The translations under genes and the position numbers were made by a program. A stretch of 61,318 bases of DNA, counting the filler, from Platydemus manokwari (Eukaryota), in assembly GCA_037951405.1 (NCBI GenBank). It is 6 parts of 6 records of this genome, joined end to end, with 100 filler letters (N's around TTAATTAATTAA, not from the genome) between each part and the next. Parts side by side here need not be neighbours in the genome. Positions count along the whole stretch, not along the records: positions 1 to 8,953 come from JBBMOY011323428.1; positions 9,054 to 17,868 come from JBBMOY011345205.1; 4 more parts are not named here. One strand, given 5' to 3'. Position 1 is the stretch's first letter, and each line of letters begins with the position of its first letter. This document shows, piece by piece, positions 1 to 14,199 of this stretch. The notes beneath the pieces were generated by a model. That model was not told the origin of the DNA. It searched no databases and worked only from the letters and a program-made list of their open reading frames with translations.

Positions 1-2974
1 TTTTAATATCAAAAAACTCACGAAAAGTCATTACTTTAAAATTGGGTCAAAGGACCCTTTTTCTTAACTTAAGCCTAAATTTATTTTTTAAAATCACTGA
101 ATTTTTAAATCCGTTAGTTTAAAATTTTAATTTTTTTTTAATATTTATCATTTAAAAAAATCGGTTTTACGAAAATTAGTGATATTAAGCAATGGTACTT
201 TTAAAAATATAAAATAATTTATTGACTAAGAACGGTCTAAACTAAATATGAGATATTTTATTTTCACCAATAATCCAGACATAAATTTAGGTGATCGTCA
301 GCAGTTATGATTTGCCAAATAGAACGTCCAATCAATTTGATAATTTGTAAATATATTTTTCAAAAGTTGTTTAATGTATTTTATCGTCAATCCATTCAAC
401 AAGATTTAAACCACATGTATAAAAGTGTATAAAATTTTCAAAAGATAATTTCTTAAAACTTTTTAGTGATATTGAATAAATATTGATATGAAACGAAACG
501 AAATATTTACAATATATTCTACATAACGAATCAAGTTTAGTTAATGATAACGCATACCAATAATGGATATTAGTTGAGATTATTTTATCTGAATTTGATT
601 ATAATGGGTTATGAAGGTTTAAAAGAAATCCGTCGAACTGAAACTCTTTCAATGTAATATCATGACAATCTTGATCATTTATCACACAGAATTTTTCTTC
701 CTTGTATTATTTTCTTGAATCAATCTCAGTGATTTTTCATTAATTATATATATATACTACTTGGAGTGCTATGTAAATAAAAGTCTGAGGCTATCTCAGT
801 ATAAGATGTCTGAATTTAGATTTTTACTGAATCTTCATTTTTAAATAATAAATCGCTAAATTAGTTTGATTCCATAACAACCAAATAAACAACACTGTCT
901 GACTATCAACCCACACTAGATCGAAATAGAGCACAGAAGTAGCATGAGTTACAAAAATATGTTTTCGTTTGAGAAAATAGATTCGTAATTTGTAAAACGA
1001 TCAATAATTAATTAGCTGAAGTGAATTAGAAATCAACTTGTGTTTTCAGTAGTCTAAATTATTAAATGCTTTCAATAATTAATTAGATAAAAATAAATGG
1101 AAAAGCATAATTTATTCACCGCAGAGAAACGAGGCTAATAATAATCTTCCATTAAAAAGCTGACAGAAACGATAGGAGATTGCTAACGAGCTTGAAAATG
1201 TTCAAAGTGTTTGTCTTGTTGGTATTATCTTTCTAATGTTTGATTGGATAAAGATATTTTTGTTTTTCTTTCGATCATAAATACGCTGTTCACTTCATTC
1301 GCTAATGAAATGTCCAGTTTTGTTTAGCCACCTGTTGGTATTTGTGCATTATTTTCAAGGTACAATCTTTGAACTCGACATTGTTCTATATTCCACAAAT
1401 GTTAAGCGGAATATGAAAATCAAATACAAATTCCTTGTAATTCTCACAGTCAGAAAGATTGATTGAAATCATTTCGTTTTGAAATTTCCCACGTTCGAAT
1501 ATTTGGACTCATGATCTATATTGATACATGAATGATAGTATTCTAACTTTTCTTAATAAATTAAAAAGAAACCCAATATTAAGACAGAACATCATTTGTA
1601 ATAGAAAATTTAATTTTTTTAAATATTTTTTTTAAACCTTCTTTTACAAATGAATACGAGCTCTATTATCGATATTTTAATGTTATTACATCTTCTACCA
1701 AGTAAATCATATGAACGATAAAATCTATAAATGCATGAAAACCAAATTTTATTTTTTTGTATACATTACTGTCTAATATTCGTCATTATCACAGTTAGAA
1801 TTCTTATTATCGATTTATTCTTAAAAATTATCTGAGATATGTCAATCATAGCATTTTTTTTGTTATTTATTTTATGAATATATTGTAATATTTGGTTCGA
1901 TTTTTTGTTGTTCACAAATTTCTGATTGATTTGGTTTTTCCCTAAGGGATTTCTGTGAATATTATGAAGATTATTGCAGAAACAATTTTGACGAATAATT
2001 TGAAAAACTGATCACCGTGAACGAAGAATCTTTTCTTTTATGGTTATCGAATGATTTTTGTTGTAATGTCCAGTAAAATCATTATTATAAATTTTATCAA
2101 AATTTATGTTTATAATCCGTTTGTAGATCTATACTGACAACTGTGACATTCAATCAAATTTACTAGAGAGGTAGAGAGGTTTACCTTATAAGTCTTCATG
2201 CTTGGATTTCATCATCTAAGCAGTCCACGGCCGTAAATTAGAATACAATTTAAGAATTTTCGCTTCAATTTAAAATTCAAACTCGTATATTTATACTGAC
2301 AGAAAGTTTTTATCTGTCTTTCATTTTGTTTATTTCTTGTTGTTTTTATTGCCTACCTTTATAAATGCTATATTATTTATTTATTTTATTAAATGCTATC
2401 ACTGTTATTTGTATTTGGAATGAAAGTTATTATTTATACTCGTTAATTTGAGGTGCTTGTATTTTATATTTGGCCATAAACCATTCTCTCACCAACACCA
2501 ACCAATGAATAATACAATGAAGCCAATTAATGGTTCAACAGTGAATCCAGTCATAATAGTTATTCTTTGCATATATTGTTTTTTTTAATAATGATTTTCG
2601 TTTTAGGGACCATTTTCAAGGATGGATTAATTGTTTGAATGTATAGAGATTGAATTTGGTTATTTAGAGATAATTAACTTCTAAAATATAAAATTTTACC
2701 GAACAGAAAATTTAATCTTTTGGAGATCTTTTCGTAAAGGTAGATTGTCGACAGTAATATAACTTTATAAATAAATCAGAGTTAAATACCACCAACTATT
2801 ATTTCAAATATCCGCTCAATCTTAATTAGATTTGCATAATTAGAGGTTTAATTAGATATCAATGCCGCTCTTATGTGCTCGAAACATAGTTGCAGTTTAA
2901 ATGTGACTTAAAATGTCGAGGTTTTAATTTTCGTATTAATTCTTGAGTATATATCATTGACAGTAGTCTTCCTC

Positions 2975-3720
2975 ATTATTTTAGGGACTTATCAACATTA
3001 TCATTATATGGGTTGTGATAATAGGTACCTATGCAAGTACTCAGCCGATAGACATGTTTCGGAGTCCTTCCTAGTATTAAGATAGGGCTTCAATGGATTT
3101 GATTCCAATATTATTTTATTACTTATTATTATAATCATGATTTAGCGTCAAATCTGTATATTCCTATTAATCATCCTATTATATCAAGATTTTGTTAATG
3201 AGATTATCATGAAATCTTATGAACCCTGCTTATCTCGACAGTAAATAAAAATATCAATTATCAAAATCATTTTATTGAGAATATACTCGCTAGAAAATTC
3301 ATATTCTCAGTATAATATCAAATCAAGTGACAGTTGTGTTGTATCGAATAAAATTGTCGAGATTGAAAAGTCCAAAGATAAATAAGAGTTGTCCTTAATA
3401 AGAAAATCAATTGATAGAAAATAAATCCATTATTAATGAACACGGTTCGATATTGATATTCTACTACTTCATATGGTTTGAGGACAGAGATATAAGTGTA
3501 CTGACAAACTCAACATTGGTGACACTAGTGAATAGCTTTTTGAAAATCGACATAATACTTCTAGAAGTCATTTGGCTGCTCGAGAAGTTGTGCATATGAA
3601 TATTCTGATTCAATTCATTATGGATTAGGACGCCAATTTGAAGCTAGAGATAATGAATAGAATGATCAACTTTATTAAAAATAAAGACCAAAGAAAGTCA
3701 GAAATATGTCTAGACAACGA
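2975..3720 (+). mobile_element. Possible highly decayed LTR-retrotransposon pol remnant
   Basis: Scattered motif-like peptides in order: F*GLIN (cf. RT 'FLGLxNYY'), TYASTQPI (cf. RNase H 'TDAS'), H-NTSRS-H-LA (cf. integrase Zn finger). Many stops and frameshifts. Confidence 0.2.
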
Positions 3721-6468
3721 TTTATTTGTAATAAATCATCAGATCTTATGTGGAATTTAAACTACTAATTTAAACTGCTAATTGACTTAAAAATTATTTG
3801 AACCATGTTATGAAATCTTACATTATTGCTATCATGGCGATTAGAATTTTTATTAATTAATTATTAAGATTTTAAAATAGTTTCAACATAATTTCTTAAT
3901 CCAATACAACTCCATAAACCATAGAAGTCATTATTGAAAGGTTAGAATTGGATTAAATAGATTTCAATTAAATGGTTTGTTCATCTATGGAAAAAGTTCT
4001 GAATGATAGTATTGAAAAAAAACTATACGAAATTCTGAAAAATAGTCATTTCTTGAATCAAAATCTATCCCATATTTCAAAAACGTAAGCACTCACATAT
4101 AAACGTGACAAACCCTATATTTGATTATATTTAATAATAATTATAGCACGTTTATGGAAAAATATTTAAAATAATAATTCAATCAAAACAAAGTTTTGTG
4201 CTTGTTATAGACCAGGTTTACACCGTAATTCACTGAATGATCCAATTTTAGCTAAAAAAGTCGATTCCACTAGTAGAATCTAGGTTTTACATTTTTTAAA
4301 AATAATATCAAATACATCATGAAAAATTTGTTCAATACTCGTGCACTAATTCAATAGATTTCAGTATATTAACTTATATTTTCAAAATTTTACCTCATAA
4401 CAATTCAAAAAATTTAAATGATAATCGAAAATCTCTAGTATTTTTTCAATAATTTATTCTTCTTGTTTCACCGGGTTTGTGATGAATTACAATTTATTCA
4501 AAGATAAGACTCCACAATAATCTACAACACTTGCTATACCAGCTATTAGCTTACACAAAACAACATATGTACCCTTTTTTGTATTTGAAGGAAACATGAT
4601 TTTCAAATGTGTAACAAAGTTTAGATATATTTTTTAAATAACTTTTTCCAGACGGTTTTTTATAAAATAATTTAAAAATTAAAAAAAATGCTCATGATAA
4701 TTGTTAAAGGTAAAATTAAGTTTTTGAAAAATTATTAGAATCATTAATTAAGAATGTAAGTATATTTCGAAGAAAGATTGAAATAATTTACGTTGTGTTC
4801 AGAAATATAAATTTTCATTTAAAGAAATATTAAGCGGTTAAAATGATTTAAAAATTATTCCATTATAAAATAAATTAGTTCTTTTGAATATTCTTCACAA
4901 TATCCACGGATAAGTGGTAAATTTTTATTAAAATTAAAATGCATTATGATGTCCAAGAAGTTGTCAAAGTGGTTTGGAAGCATTTTTTTAATGAGCCAAT
5001 GAAATTTGGGAAGAAATTTTAGCTTGAATTATTAGACATTATGACTATCGTCACTAATAGATTACAAAGATTAATATTGTGGTTCAGAAACAACTTGTAA
5101 TAGCCCACGAGAAGTTCCTTCTTAAATTGGATAAAAATAATTTTCACATATTATTACTTTTACTGATCATTTAGTTGTGAAAATAAAAATTCTTCTTTTA
5201 TCAATGTTGATTTATTTCAACGAATAAAAAATATCTGGTAAAAATTGAAAATTATTTTAGTTAGAGATCCAGCTTGATGTTCTTTAAAAAATTCAATTTT
5301 CATTCAGTATCATAAAATCTCTTATCTTTGATCTTAATTATTTAAATTAACTTCTTTTGAATTCAGGAAATTATCAACATTGATTATTCCATCTCATTTA
5401 AATTCCAAATAGGAACTATTTTCAAGAAATTCTGATTTGATTTACATATTTTGTAAGAGTTTTCATTAAAATGTCGTTATGCAATCGTAAATCGTCCATC
5501 GAATCGATATATTCGTTTATGTAATGATTATAATTGGTTCCAATAGCAATTTCCATGACCGACAAGATGTAAATGTTTATTGTCATTTTGGGAATTGAAC
5601 TGGCTAGTGGAATTTATGTGATGTGTAGTGTTTTAGTAAATAATACCGATTTTATAAAAATAGCTTAGTAAAAAGGAACAATCGAAAATCAAGAATTTTT
5701 AAGGAGCAAATTATTCCTTTAAATCGAGTTTAGGTGGCTAAAAATGAGTATATTGGGTACTGTGTTTAGAGCAGAGTGGACTGATTTCAAAATTTTGGTA
5801 CTATGAGGTTTATCAAATAATATTATCAGTTATTTTATACGTGGAAAATGAAAATCATAAGGCCACATACCGATACGAAATCAAAATTCATGTTGAAATG
5901 CTAACAGATTCTAATCAACATGTAATCGATTTGTTAAATTATTGATTGTACGTCCTATTGGAAGGTTGTATGTTGAAATTATCGGTTGTACAATCACATA
6001 ATTCCCATAATTCCTCAAATATATTAAATACTGGTGTCAGCATACTACACACAAAATTACAATTTTAAAACATCATTTGTACAAATTTAATGAGACCGTC
6101 AACTTGCTATACTCAAAATTCATAAATGGTAGTTATTTAGAAAAACAAAAGTTCCAAAAATCACAAGTCAAATCACTACGTGATCAGCATTTGAAAGATA
6201 AAAATAATGACAGAAATTATCAACAATAAAAGACTGGTAATTATCAATGAGATTCAACACCTTTTTTAGACATGTACTGTATGTTGAAATGTTGCCTTAC
6301 AACTTTTCTTTTTATTCATTAAGAACAGTCTGAAGACGAGTCTACTGACAGATTTCAATCTATTTTCATGACATTTTAGTATCTCGATGTTCATTTCCTA
6401 TCGTTGATATGTGCAAATTCACCATTCTAAATTCACGAATTACGTTACTTACGAAATATACATACCGA

Positions 6469-6938
6469 CTCTAAAACTAAAATGAAACAACAATAAGAAC
6501 AAACTAAATGCATTGAGTTACTTAAATGGATAACAAAACACAAAAGCAGTAAGAACAAATAACGGTAAATAATAAGCAATTTCATAGCAACTGTTCAAAA
6601 TGTTCACTATCTTGCTCCAAACAAGTGGATCAGTTTCCAGTTTCTTCAAACTTCTGTTACCAGTATTGCACTGTTGTTCTAGCTGGTAGTGCACGATTGA
6701 AATGTTGAAATTCTTGGCAAACTTTTGCGCTACTGTGGTGCACTATTGCTTGGCTAACTATAAACACTCTATACGCAAGCGAAAATTTAACATCGCCAGC
6801 TGTTTCCGCCATATTGTAATAATGGAACTGATTAATAAGAAATAAGAAATAAAGTACATTAATCAGTGAATAATAATTAATATCAATGAGGATATATATG
6901 AGTATATTGTGTTTTGTTGTTTTATTTTAGTTTTAGAG
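6469..6938 (-). mobile_element. Internally deleted Tc1/mariner-type element (MITE-like) with TIRs and a transposase N-terminal HTH remnant
   Basis: 25-bp inverted repeat, 24/25 identical (6469-6493 ctctaaaactaaaatgaaacaacaa vs revcomp of 6914-6938). Minus strand 6812->6630 reads MAETAGDVKFSLAYRVFIVSQ.../QEFQHFNRALPARTTVQYW*QKFEETG, the DUF4817-type HTH found at the start of mariner-like transposases, with one frameshift and a stop. Confidence 0.7.
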
Positions 6939-8953
6939 AAGGAGACTTATGAATCACACGGTTTATAAATAACTGACTAATGCAATCATCGTACCTGTGT
7001 GGCAATTCTTTGATGGTTTTTCCCATAATCTGCTCAGGTATTCTTATCGTTTTTGTCCTTTACTTCACATAAGGAAAACTTGTTTGGCTTTGTAGAATAA
7101 ATAATTAGTTAAAATTTCGGACAAGATAACTTATTATTAAAACAACATTCATAATCAATGACCTCAATTTACCACAACTATTTCATTTAGCAAACATTTC
7201 CGGATATCATTGATTTTTAATTTTCGAAACAGATGGAAAAAGTTTGTCCTTTCTCAAGTGAACCAGTGAAGGAAATTTGTAGCAAAACGTGTGGAAATAT
7301 ATCATTTGCCAATCGCCTATGTGAATCGATTTATTTCCTCTTTAAAATATTTGTTATTATAAATAACATAATCTTTGAAATGGAAAATTAAGGCTTTTAT
7401 TTTATATTTTCGATTTTGAATTAAATTTGTATATAACTCTAACCATATTTCCATAAAAAATCGATCTATATTAAATTTGAACTGATTTGAATTTTTTCAG
7501 TTGTTTTTTTGTTTAACTGAACTGAGATGGGAGTTTGGAATATCTCAATTAAACTAAAAACAAAATCGGCAAAGAAAATGTTTATAAAATTCATTTTTTC
7601 GATAGAATAATATATATTTTTTTTAATAAATTTTCAGTGGTCATCATCATAATAATTCAATTTTTCAATTTTTAAAACAGAATTTCAAAAAATTATCAAC
7701 GATAAATTCTTTCTTTTTATTTTATATTGGGCAAGATTATTATATCCGTTTTAGTATGAAATATTAAATTTATAGATTAATAGATTTCTATTATTAATTA
7801 ATATGAATGAAAGAAAAATCATTTGATGATTTCTTATTTGTTATATAACATTTATGAATTCTTATTGAGAGGAAAAAATTTAATATGGACATCTTTTATA
7901 TGAAAGATTGATTTCGAGAGTTTAAAAATAAATAAAACAAGATTTGAATACGGATGAGAGTAATTTGGTTAGTTTGAAATTGTTATAGTTTTTTAATGTG
8001 GTTCATTCATTAACATTTCCGTTGCGTCGTTATCAAATCTATATATTGAGAACGGTAATTGTAGTCGTTTTGATGCGATATACGTTTTCGTTACGTCGAA
8101 TAACACAAGTTTTTGGATTAATTTGTTTTGACATACGATGTGTCATTGAATGAACTGACTGGTGAAAATAAACAATTAAACTAAATATTTGTTTATTACA
8201 AATATAATTACAGCTCGTTTAAGTCCATTCAATTGAGTCCAAGAAAAAAAAATAATAAAAAAAGAAACTAGATATTTTTCATCTCATTGCAATACGAGGC
8301 TTCTTTTGAGAGTAACTTAAAATCTATCAGACAAAAATGGTTTTAAGAAATCAGATTATTTTTTTAGAATATTTTTCAAGTTTTATTTTATCAGGAATTA
8401 TTATTAGTATTATTTGAAATGCAAATTTTTATTATCGAATTGAATAATATAATTTTATTGTGTTTTAATTGAAAGGAAAAAAGAAAAAAATATCAAATTC
8501 ACAATCAAGTGACCATGACAGATAATAAGACTTTTGTGATACCGAACTATTAATAAGTTCAATAAGTGAACTAACTGAAGCTAATGTCGTAGGCCTTGTT
8601 TTCTAAATATTCTTAGATTTCGAATCCATCTTTCGTTCAATGATCAAATTGAAACAGCTACTGTGGCTTGTGTTTGATAAAGTGTGTAAATGTAATTTGT
8701 TTTTAAACATGTATGTTGAAAGTTGAAACTGAAAATTTTATTGAATCTTAACAAGTGCCAATCAGCTGTAATATTCAAAGGAACAATGCGTTTACTTCTT
8801 TCTACCAACCATTTATGTAAAGTAATTTAAAGTCATATGTATATTTTGCTTGATTTTTGACTCTGATTCAATGTTCTGCTTTTCGCAATTCAAATGGAGT
8901 TTATTGATTTATCGTAATTGATATTCTTTAGTGCCTTGTACGTGTCACTATGT

Positions 8954-9053
8954 NNNNNNNNNNNNNNNNNNNNNNNNNNNNNNNNNNNNNNNNNNNNTTA
9001 ATTAATTAANNNNNNNNNNNNNNNNNNNNNNNNNNNNNNNNNNNNNNNNNNNN
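8954..9053. other. Artificial contig linker N44-TTAATTAATTAA-N44
   Basis: Identical 100-bp spacer with stops in all six frames, repeated five times in the window. Confidence 0.97.
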
Positions 9054-9087
9054 TATACATGTTACTTTTATTCTTTATTATTTGGTA

Positions 9088-9830
9088 TTATCGGAGACAT
9101 TTCCGAATACCTGTAAAGTAGAACCTATAAAATGTTAGGCACCAAACTCTTACACGGTCCTTGCGATCAGTGGCTTCTAAAGATGGGAGCAAAATCTCAT
9201 CAACTCGAGTACATTGATTATTAATCAGGACTTGTCGATCTTGTCGGGTGAAATAACATAAGTTGGTGAAATTCAGGTACGTGTTTGCCCTTACCACTAG
9301 CATGGATCGAACCTTTATAACAACGTCATGACATGTATTTACATTTATAATTATAGTAGAGATTCCCTCTGACAAATATCGACCTGAAGAGATTTTGTGA
9401 TAATATCCAGCCATTTTCAAATATTGGTTAACTTCTTTAACTGTATTTGAATGGAAAGGTGAAAATTAAGATACTTAAGTGAATCTTATTAAAAAGTCAT
9501 CAAACCAATCCAATGAATTTTTAATATAAACTGATTTGCCAAATAACTTTCTCACAGTAAAAATTATTTATTTGAGGATTGAAAAATAATCATTTTATTT
9601 CAAATATTATTTTATAGCGAGGAATGTGAACAATGACAATGAGGTTGATAAAATAAAAAAGATAAGTTCCAGTAATTCGAATTTGCTGAGTATTGAATTT
9701 TATCATGAGGTGTAGTATTACCCCCACAACCACTGTAGCTGTTATAATATAACTAAGGTAAAAGCTACCGATATTTTTATACAATCAGAAGGAGAGTCAG
9801 ATATTGTATAGTAGGCACGATATTCTGTCA
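9088..9830 (-). mobile_element. Degenerate Ty3/gypsy reverse transcriptase fragment
   Basis: Minus strand peptides RAYYTISDSPSDCIKISVAFT (cf. GYxQIxMxxxDxxKTAF), LNPQINNF (cf. LNPxKCxF) and NTVKEVNQYLKMAGYYHK (cf. TVKEVRxFLGxAGYYRK). Confidence 0.45.
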
Positions 9831-10339
9831 CAATTTCATTGAAAGACGTAATATTATGTATATGAATTAATAGAGAGTATTTTGGCTTATATCAGTTCGT
9901 TCCCCTGCTACGATTATTCCAGGGCTTATTTAGTTATAAATCTTTATAAATAGTCGTTATATTAATTTTAAACTTTTTAAATTCCTTTCTATTCATTGGA
10001 ATGTATATATATTGGAATGTATATTATATTTATTTTTAGCTTGAATCGATAATGGTATTTTTTATTATAATTTGATTGGAAGTGAGAATTGAAAAGATAA
10101 TATGTATTATATTATTTTTGAAATAAACTACATAAACTCTCACCTTGCATAAATTATTAGTAGATATTATTTCGTTAATAATACAAAATTCATAGTCATC
10201 TATCATCGAAACAAATTGCGATTTTCAGCTTTAAATCTTATCTTTAACCGATTCTAGTTATTTATAAATTATAAACAAATATTTTAGCATTAAATCTGTT
10301 ATATTTTCAAAATTTATCAACTTTAGTAATGTTGCGGAA

Positions 10340-13100
10340 ATGGTATGGAACAGGTTTTCCAATGATTATTCTAATAGTTATCACGATGGAAACCAATTTT
10401 ATAGTCCAAAAATCTCAAAGCTGAGTGAGATTAACTATAAAACGACACTTCCAGAGATAAAAACTCTACAAATTCGGAATAGAAACCATGGCATGATACC
10501 ATCGCTTGCACAGCATGAATTGCAAATGATAAATTATAATGAAGCTATAGCATGAAGGAATGTGTCACTTGCCATTGTAATTTTGTCAGTTTCAGTACAA
10601 TATCCAGTTTAACAGCTAGAACATATCCTACAAATATATGATACTCATCCAATAACCTTCACATTTAGAAATCCCTCAATATAAAGAAATAATCAACTAG
10701 GAATTAGGGAAAGGAATTCTATGGCAAATGAAAACGAATCTAATCTTATAGGAATAAGAATAAACAGACATCATGTTTACAACTTAATACACACTGATAC
10801 TGCTTCTAGTCTTATCAATTTAGGAATATTAAACCAAATAGAAGTTGATCAAATAGCACTAATAAATGTAGAAATAATAGGCATGAATGAAAATGAATTA
10901 ACACTTTTAGGACAACTCAACTATCAAATACATCTACGTAATCAGGACATAAAATTTGCGGTTCGCATAGTAGGAATAACACAATATGACTGTATTATTG
11001 GACAGAACTTCATAAAACAATTAAAGGACATCGTATATGAATGCGATAGAAGGGCAATTAATCAAAACTTTAAAACTATAATGGATTAGGCATGGAAGTC
11101 ATTTTCCCGCATCAAATGGAAAAAAATATGTTAAGCCTATATACAGCAGTCAAGTGACATTGGAAATTCTCTTCAGACCTGATCAACAGTTCACGAAAAA
11201 AACCAATATGTCAATTCATTGATTTTATTAATTTTATTAAATATTTTAATTCTCTTTTATGATTTGCGAGATATTTTAGACAATTTAAATTTCTAATTCA
11301 AATTTATTTCAAATTTAATTCAAAGTTTATATAAAATATTTGTACTTAAATAGAATTTTGGTGCCTTGACTTTTCAGTTAGTTTTAATGTGTTGTTTTTT
11401 AAAATATTAGCGGTTAACACCGTTAATAAAAGTTATGTTTAATAAACTAGGTGTAGAAAAAATCTTCTTGATATAATATATCATGCTTGATTTAGTTAAA
11501 TTAAGACCCACTAAGTTCGGGTGAGCCAGGAAAGAAGTCTAATATCTTGGACATATCATACCAACGAAGGGTTAACAAAACCCGAAAAAGCATACATCAT
11601 TCTTGACTAAAATCAATGCTTGACTAAATCAATCTTGATATACTCTAATATGACAAAACCATTCCTGATAATGACAGATACCAGTGGCTATTCTAAAGGA
11701 GATGTACTTGGTCAAATAGTTGACGATGGTAATGAGTATAAGATAACAATCTTGAGCAGCTGTCTGAAGAATCACGAGAATATCTATGCCGTTTTAGAGA
11801 TAGGGACTTTGGCATTAGTTTAGATCCTAGAAAGATTACGAAAATTTACGAACATTATTAACAAAGATACAACATCAATCTTGATTTCACGGCCACGGAA
11901 ACGGTCACACATTAAGCAATGGTGCGAATAATGTTAAATCTGCCAGACGAAAATCGTAACACAAGAAGTAAAATGAGATTATCATTCAAACCACTAGCCA
12001 TTCTTAGAGCGTCGATAGAATGAATCGCAATGGATTGCAGGACCGTTACAACTCAACAGAAAAGGAAATAGATATTTCTTAGTGTTTATCGATCACATGA
12101 CCTGATAGCCAGAGATGTATGCCACAATTGATAATTAGTAGTTTTCATCAGTCTTAGGATATGACTCCAAAGACTGATGTAAACTACTACTATTATTAAC
12201 TCTACATAAAATTCTTAAATTAAAAAAAAATTTCAAAAATTTATAAAATTTTAAAAATCATAAAATAATTTTCTTATTGAAAACCTATACTTAAAAATGC
12301 CGGAACAAAGTTTTTAAATTTCCAACACAACATTTGAAACAATTCAGGCTCTAAAAGTTCAGGAAGAATCAAAAAAGCGTATAGCGAAATTTAATGCTTT
12401 TATTAATAACAATGGTACAATTAATGAAGCCTCGTCTTCTTCAACCATGAGTGATATTTATAAAACCCATAAAATTAACAAAAAATCTCAACCAACTTAA
12501 GATATAATTTCTTACATTACAGAATTACTGATGTAAACTACTACTTCGATATGAAGGCCAACACGGTAACAAAAATATTCGTTAAGGAGATTGCCTATCG
12601 TTACACCAAAATATCTTCTTACCCACAGAGTAACCGAATTTTCAAACGACGCTTTAGAGACAGTCAATATGAAATTTAGAACCATCACAACCTATTATCT
12701 ACAATGCAGTGGACTTGTCGAGAGAATAAAGGTCACAATAGTCGGGATGATCACAGTCTAAATAGTATTTGGTACAAAACGATTGGTGAGTGCTTATACG
12801 ATTATAGGAACTCAAAACAAAGCAGTAATCATCATTATATGTAATGTACCGCCGATCTAGTCCCTACCAATTGACATGGAAATTACACCCAAGCTCTAAC
12901 AGTACACGGACTTCGAGGACTATATGTTGAAGGAAGGACCATCGGAAGCCTAAATAAAGACTCAGATAAACTTACAATTAGCAAATGAGCAAATGACGGA
13001 CAAATATGATAAAATCTTGGATCAAATTATACAATGATACTATAAAGCAAGGCCTGCATTAGAGAACTATCTCCAGAATTAACATGGGATTAGGTGAACT
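10340..13100 (+). mobile_element. Degenerate Ty3/gypsy retrotransposon (gag knuckle, protease, RT end, RNase H, integrase)
   Basis: 10721-11089 retropepsin-like (LIHTDTASSLI...DCIIGQNFI); ~11495-11560 KLRPTKF..KEV*YLGHII; 11620-11823 RNase H (PFLIMTDTSGYSKGDVLGQ...KNHENIY); ~12020-12760 integrase (IAMD..GPL...GNRYFLVFIDH, LLTHRVTEF, TTYYLQCSGLVER). Domain order PR-RT-RH-IN is gypsy type. Confidence 0.85.
12134..12545. mobile_element. 412-bp non-autonomous TIR element with (AGT)3 ends and a 6-bp TSD, nested in the gypsy integrase
   Basis: Left end attagtagttttcatcagt (12134-12152), right end actgatgtaaactactact (12527-12545). Flanks ttgata (12128-12133) / tcgata (12546-12551). Removing the insert plus one TSD copy restores the integrase frame PEMYATIDMKANTVTKIFVKEIAYRY. 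Confidence 0.85.
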
Positions 13101-14199
13101 ACTACTAAACCAATGTGGGTTTATATTAATCAGTGAAAAAGGAATGTGGACATCGACGAAATCATATCTGATCCTTACGATAAAGAAAGGAAACCACAAC
13201 ATCAATGAGGGCTCTCACATCTCTACCCAACGTGGAAGTAAATAATTATATCAAAAAAATTACACCATCGAACCCAGTAAAGACAACTTCACATTTGATA
13301 ACTTCAAATTTGCTAATCTTGTTGCAGCAATAGTTCGCCAATGGTCATATTAGCATAATCGAGTTCACCGTCGGTATTACCAAAAGATAATCATATGGCT
13401 CATGACATTTGAAGAAACTGTAAGGATAGTAATAGATGAGCAAAATAGCTACTTATCTAAATCCTTATAATGCAATAGTGTGAACCATTACCAGCTTTGG
13501 ATAAGGACAACACTTCCCTCTAAGCGATAGAACACATATTTCATGTGTTGCCAAGAAACCTATGTAAAAATGTTCTCATTCAAATTTTAGGATTTCATAC
13601 GGCTTATGACGAAAATTATGTTTATCTAAGTTTTGTTCATCGAGTCATACCGAAAGCATCGTTCTACTTTACTTGACGAAACCTAACGGAAAATCAGCGT
13701 ATAACAACTACTACATCAACACTAATACTGTTAAACTCTCATTTTAAAAATTATTGAAATTATTGAAGTATTAAACACAAAATTTAAAATTTTTAAAAAA
13801 ATAATGTAAAATAAAAACGTGGCCATTTTTATACTTAAATTGAAAATGAAGAAAAATCAGATAAAAATAATTTGAAATTTAATTTTTAAAGTTTATTTGA
13901 CTAATTGATTTTTTGTTCTGTTGAAAACATGACTTTTGATTCCGACATCAAGAATGAAGAAATTTTCCCAACTAAAAATCCTAGAAAAAGGACTAGACGA
14001 ATATTGAATATATAACCAACACTTTTTTAGTCACCATATTTCCACATATCAATGATGTATGTCGACTCATATCACTCATTTATTCAATCACCACTTAAAT
14101 CAGACAAAATTCATGCAAGACTCATTTTCTTGAGTGCACCCATGGTTGCTATTGCAAACTGGTGACCATTACTTTACTAGATTATACTGGTAGAGTCAT

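Noticed and set aside
7232-7390. Possible isolated exon MEKVCPFSSEPVKEICSKTCG after an AG acceptor
   Set aside because: No partner exons or recognisable homology.
8580-8953. Coding-like minus-strand stretch ending SI*SLNERWIRNLRIF
   Set aside because: Possibly a LINE C-terminus, but no diagnostic motif and cut by the gap.
8998-9009. TTAATTAATTAA palindrome recurring five times at ~10-kb spacing
   Set aside because: Always centred in a 100-bp N block; an assembly spacer with six-frame stops, not biology.
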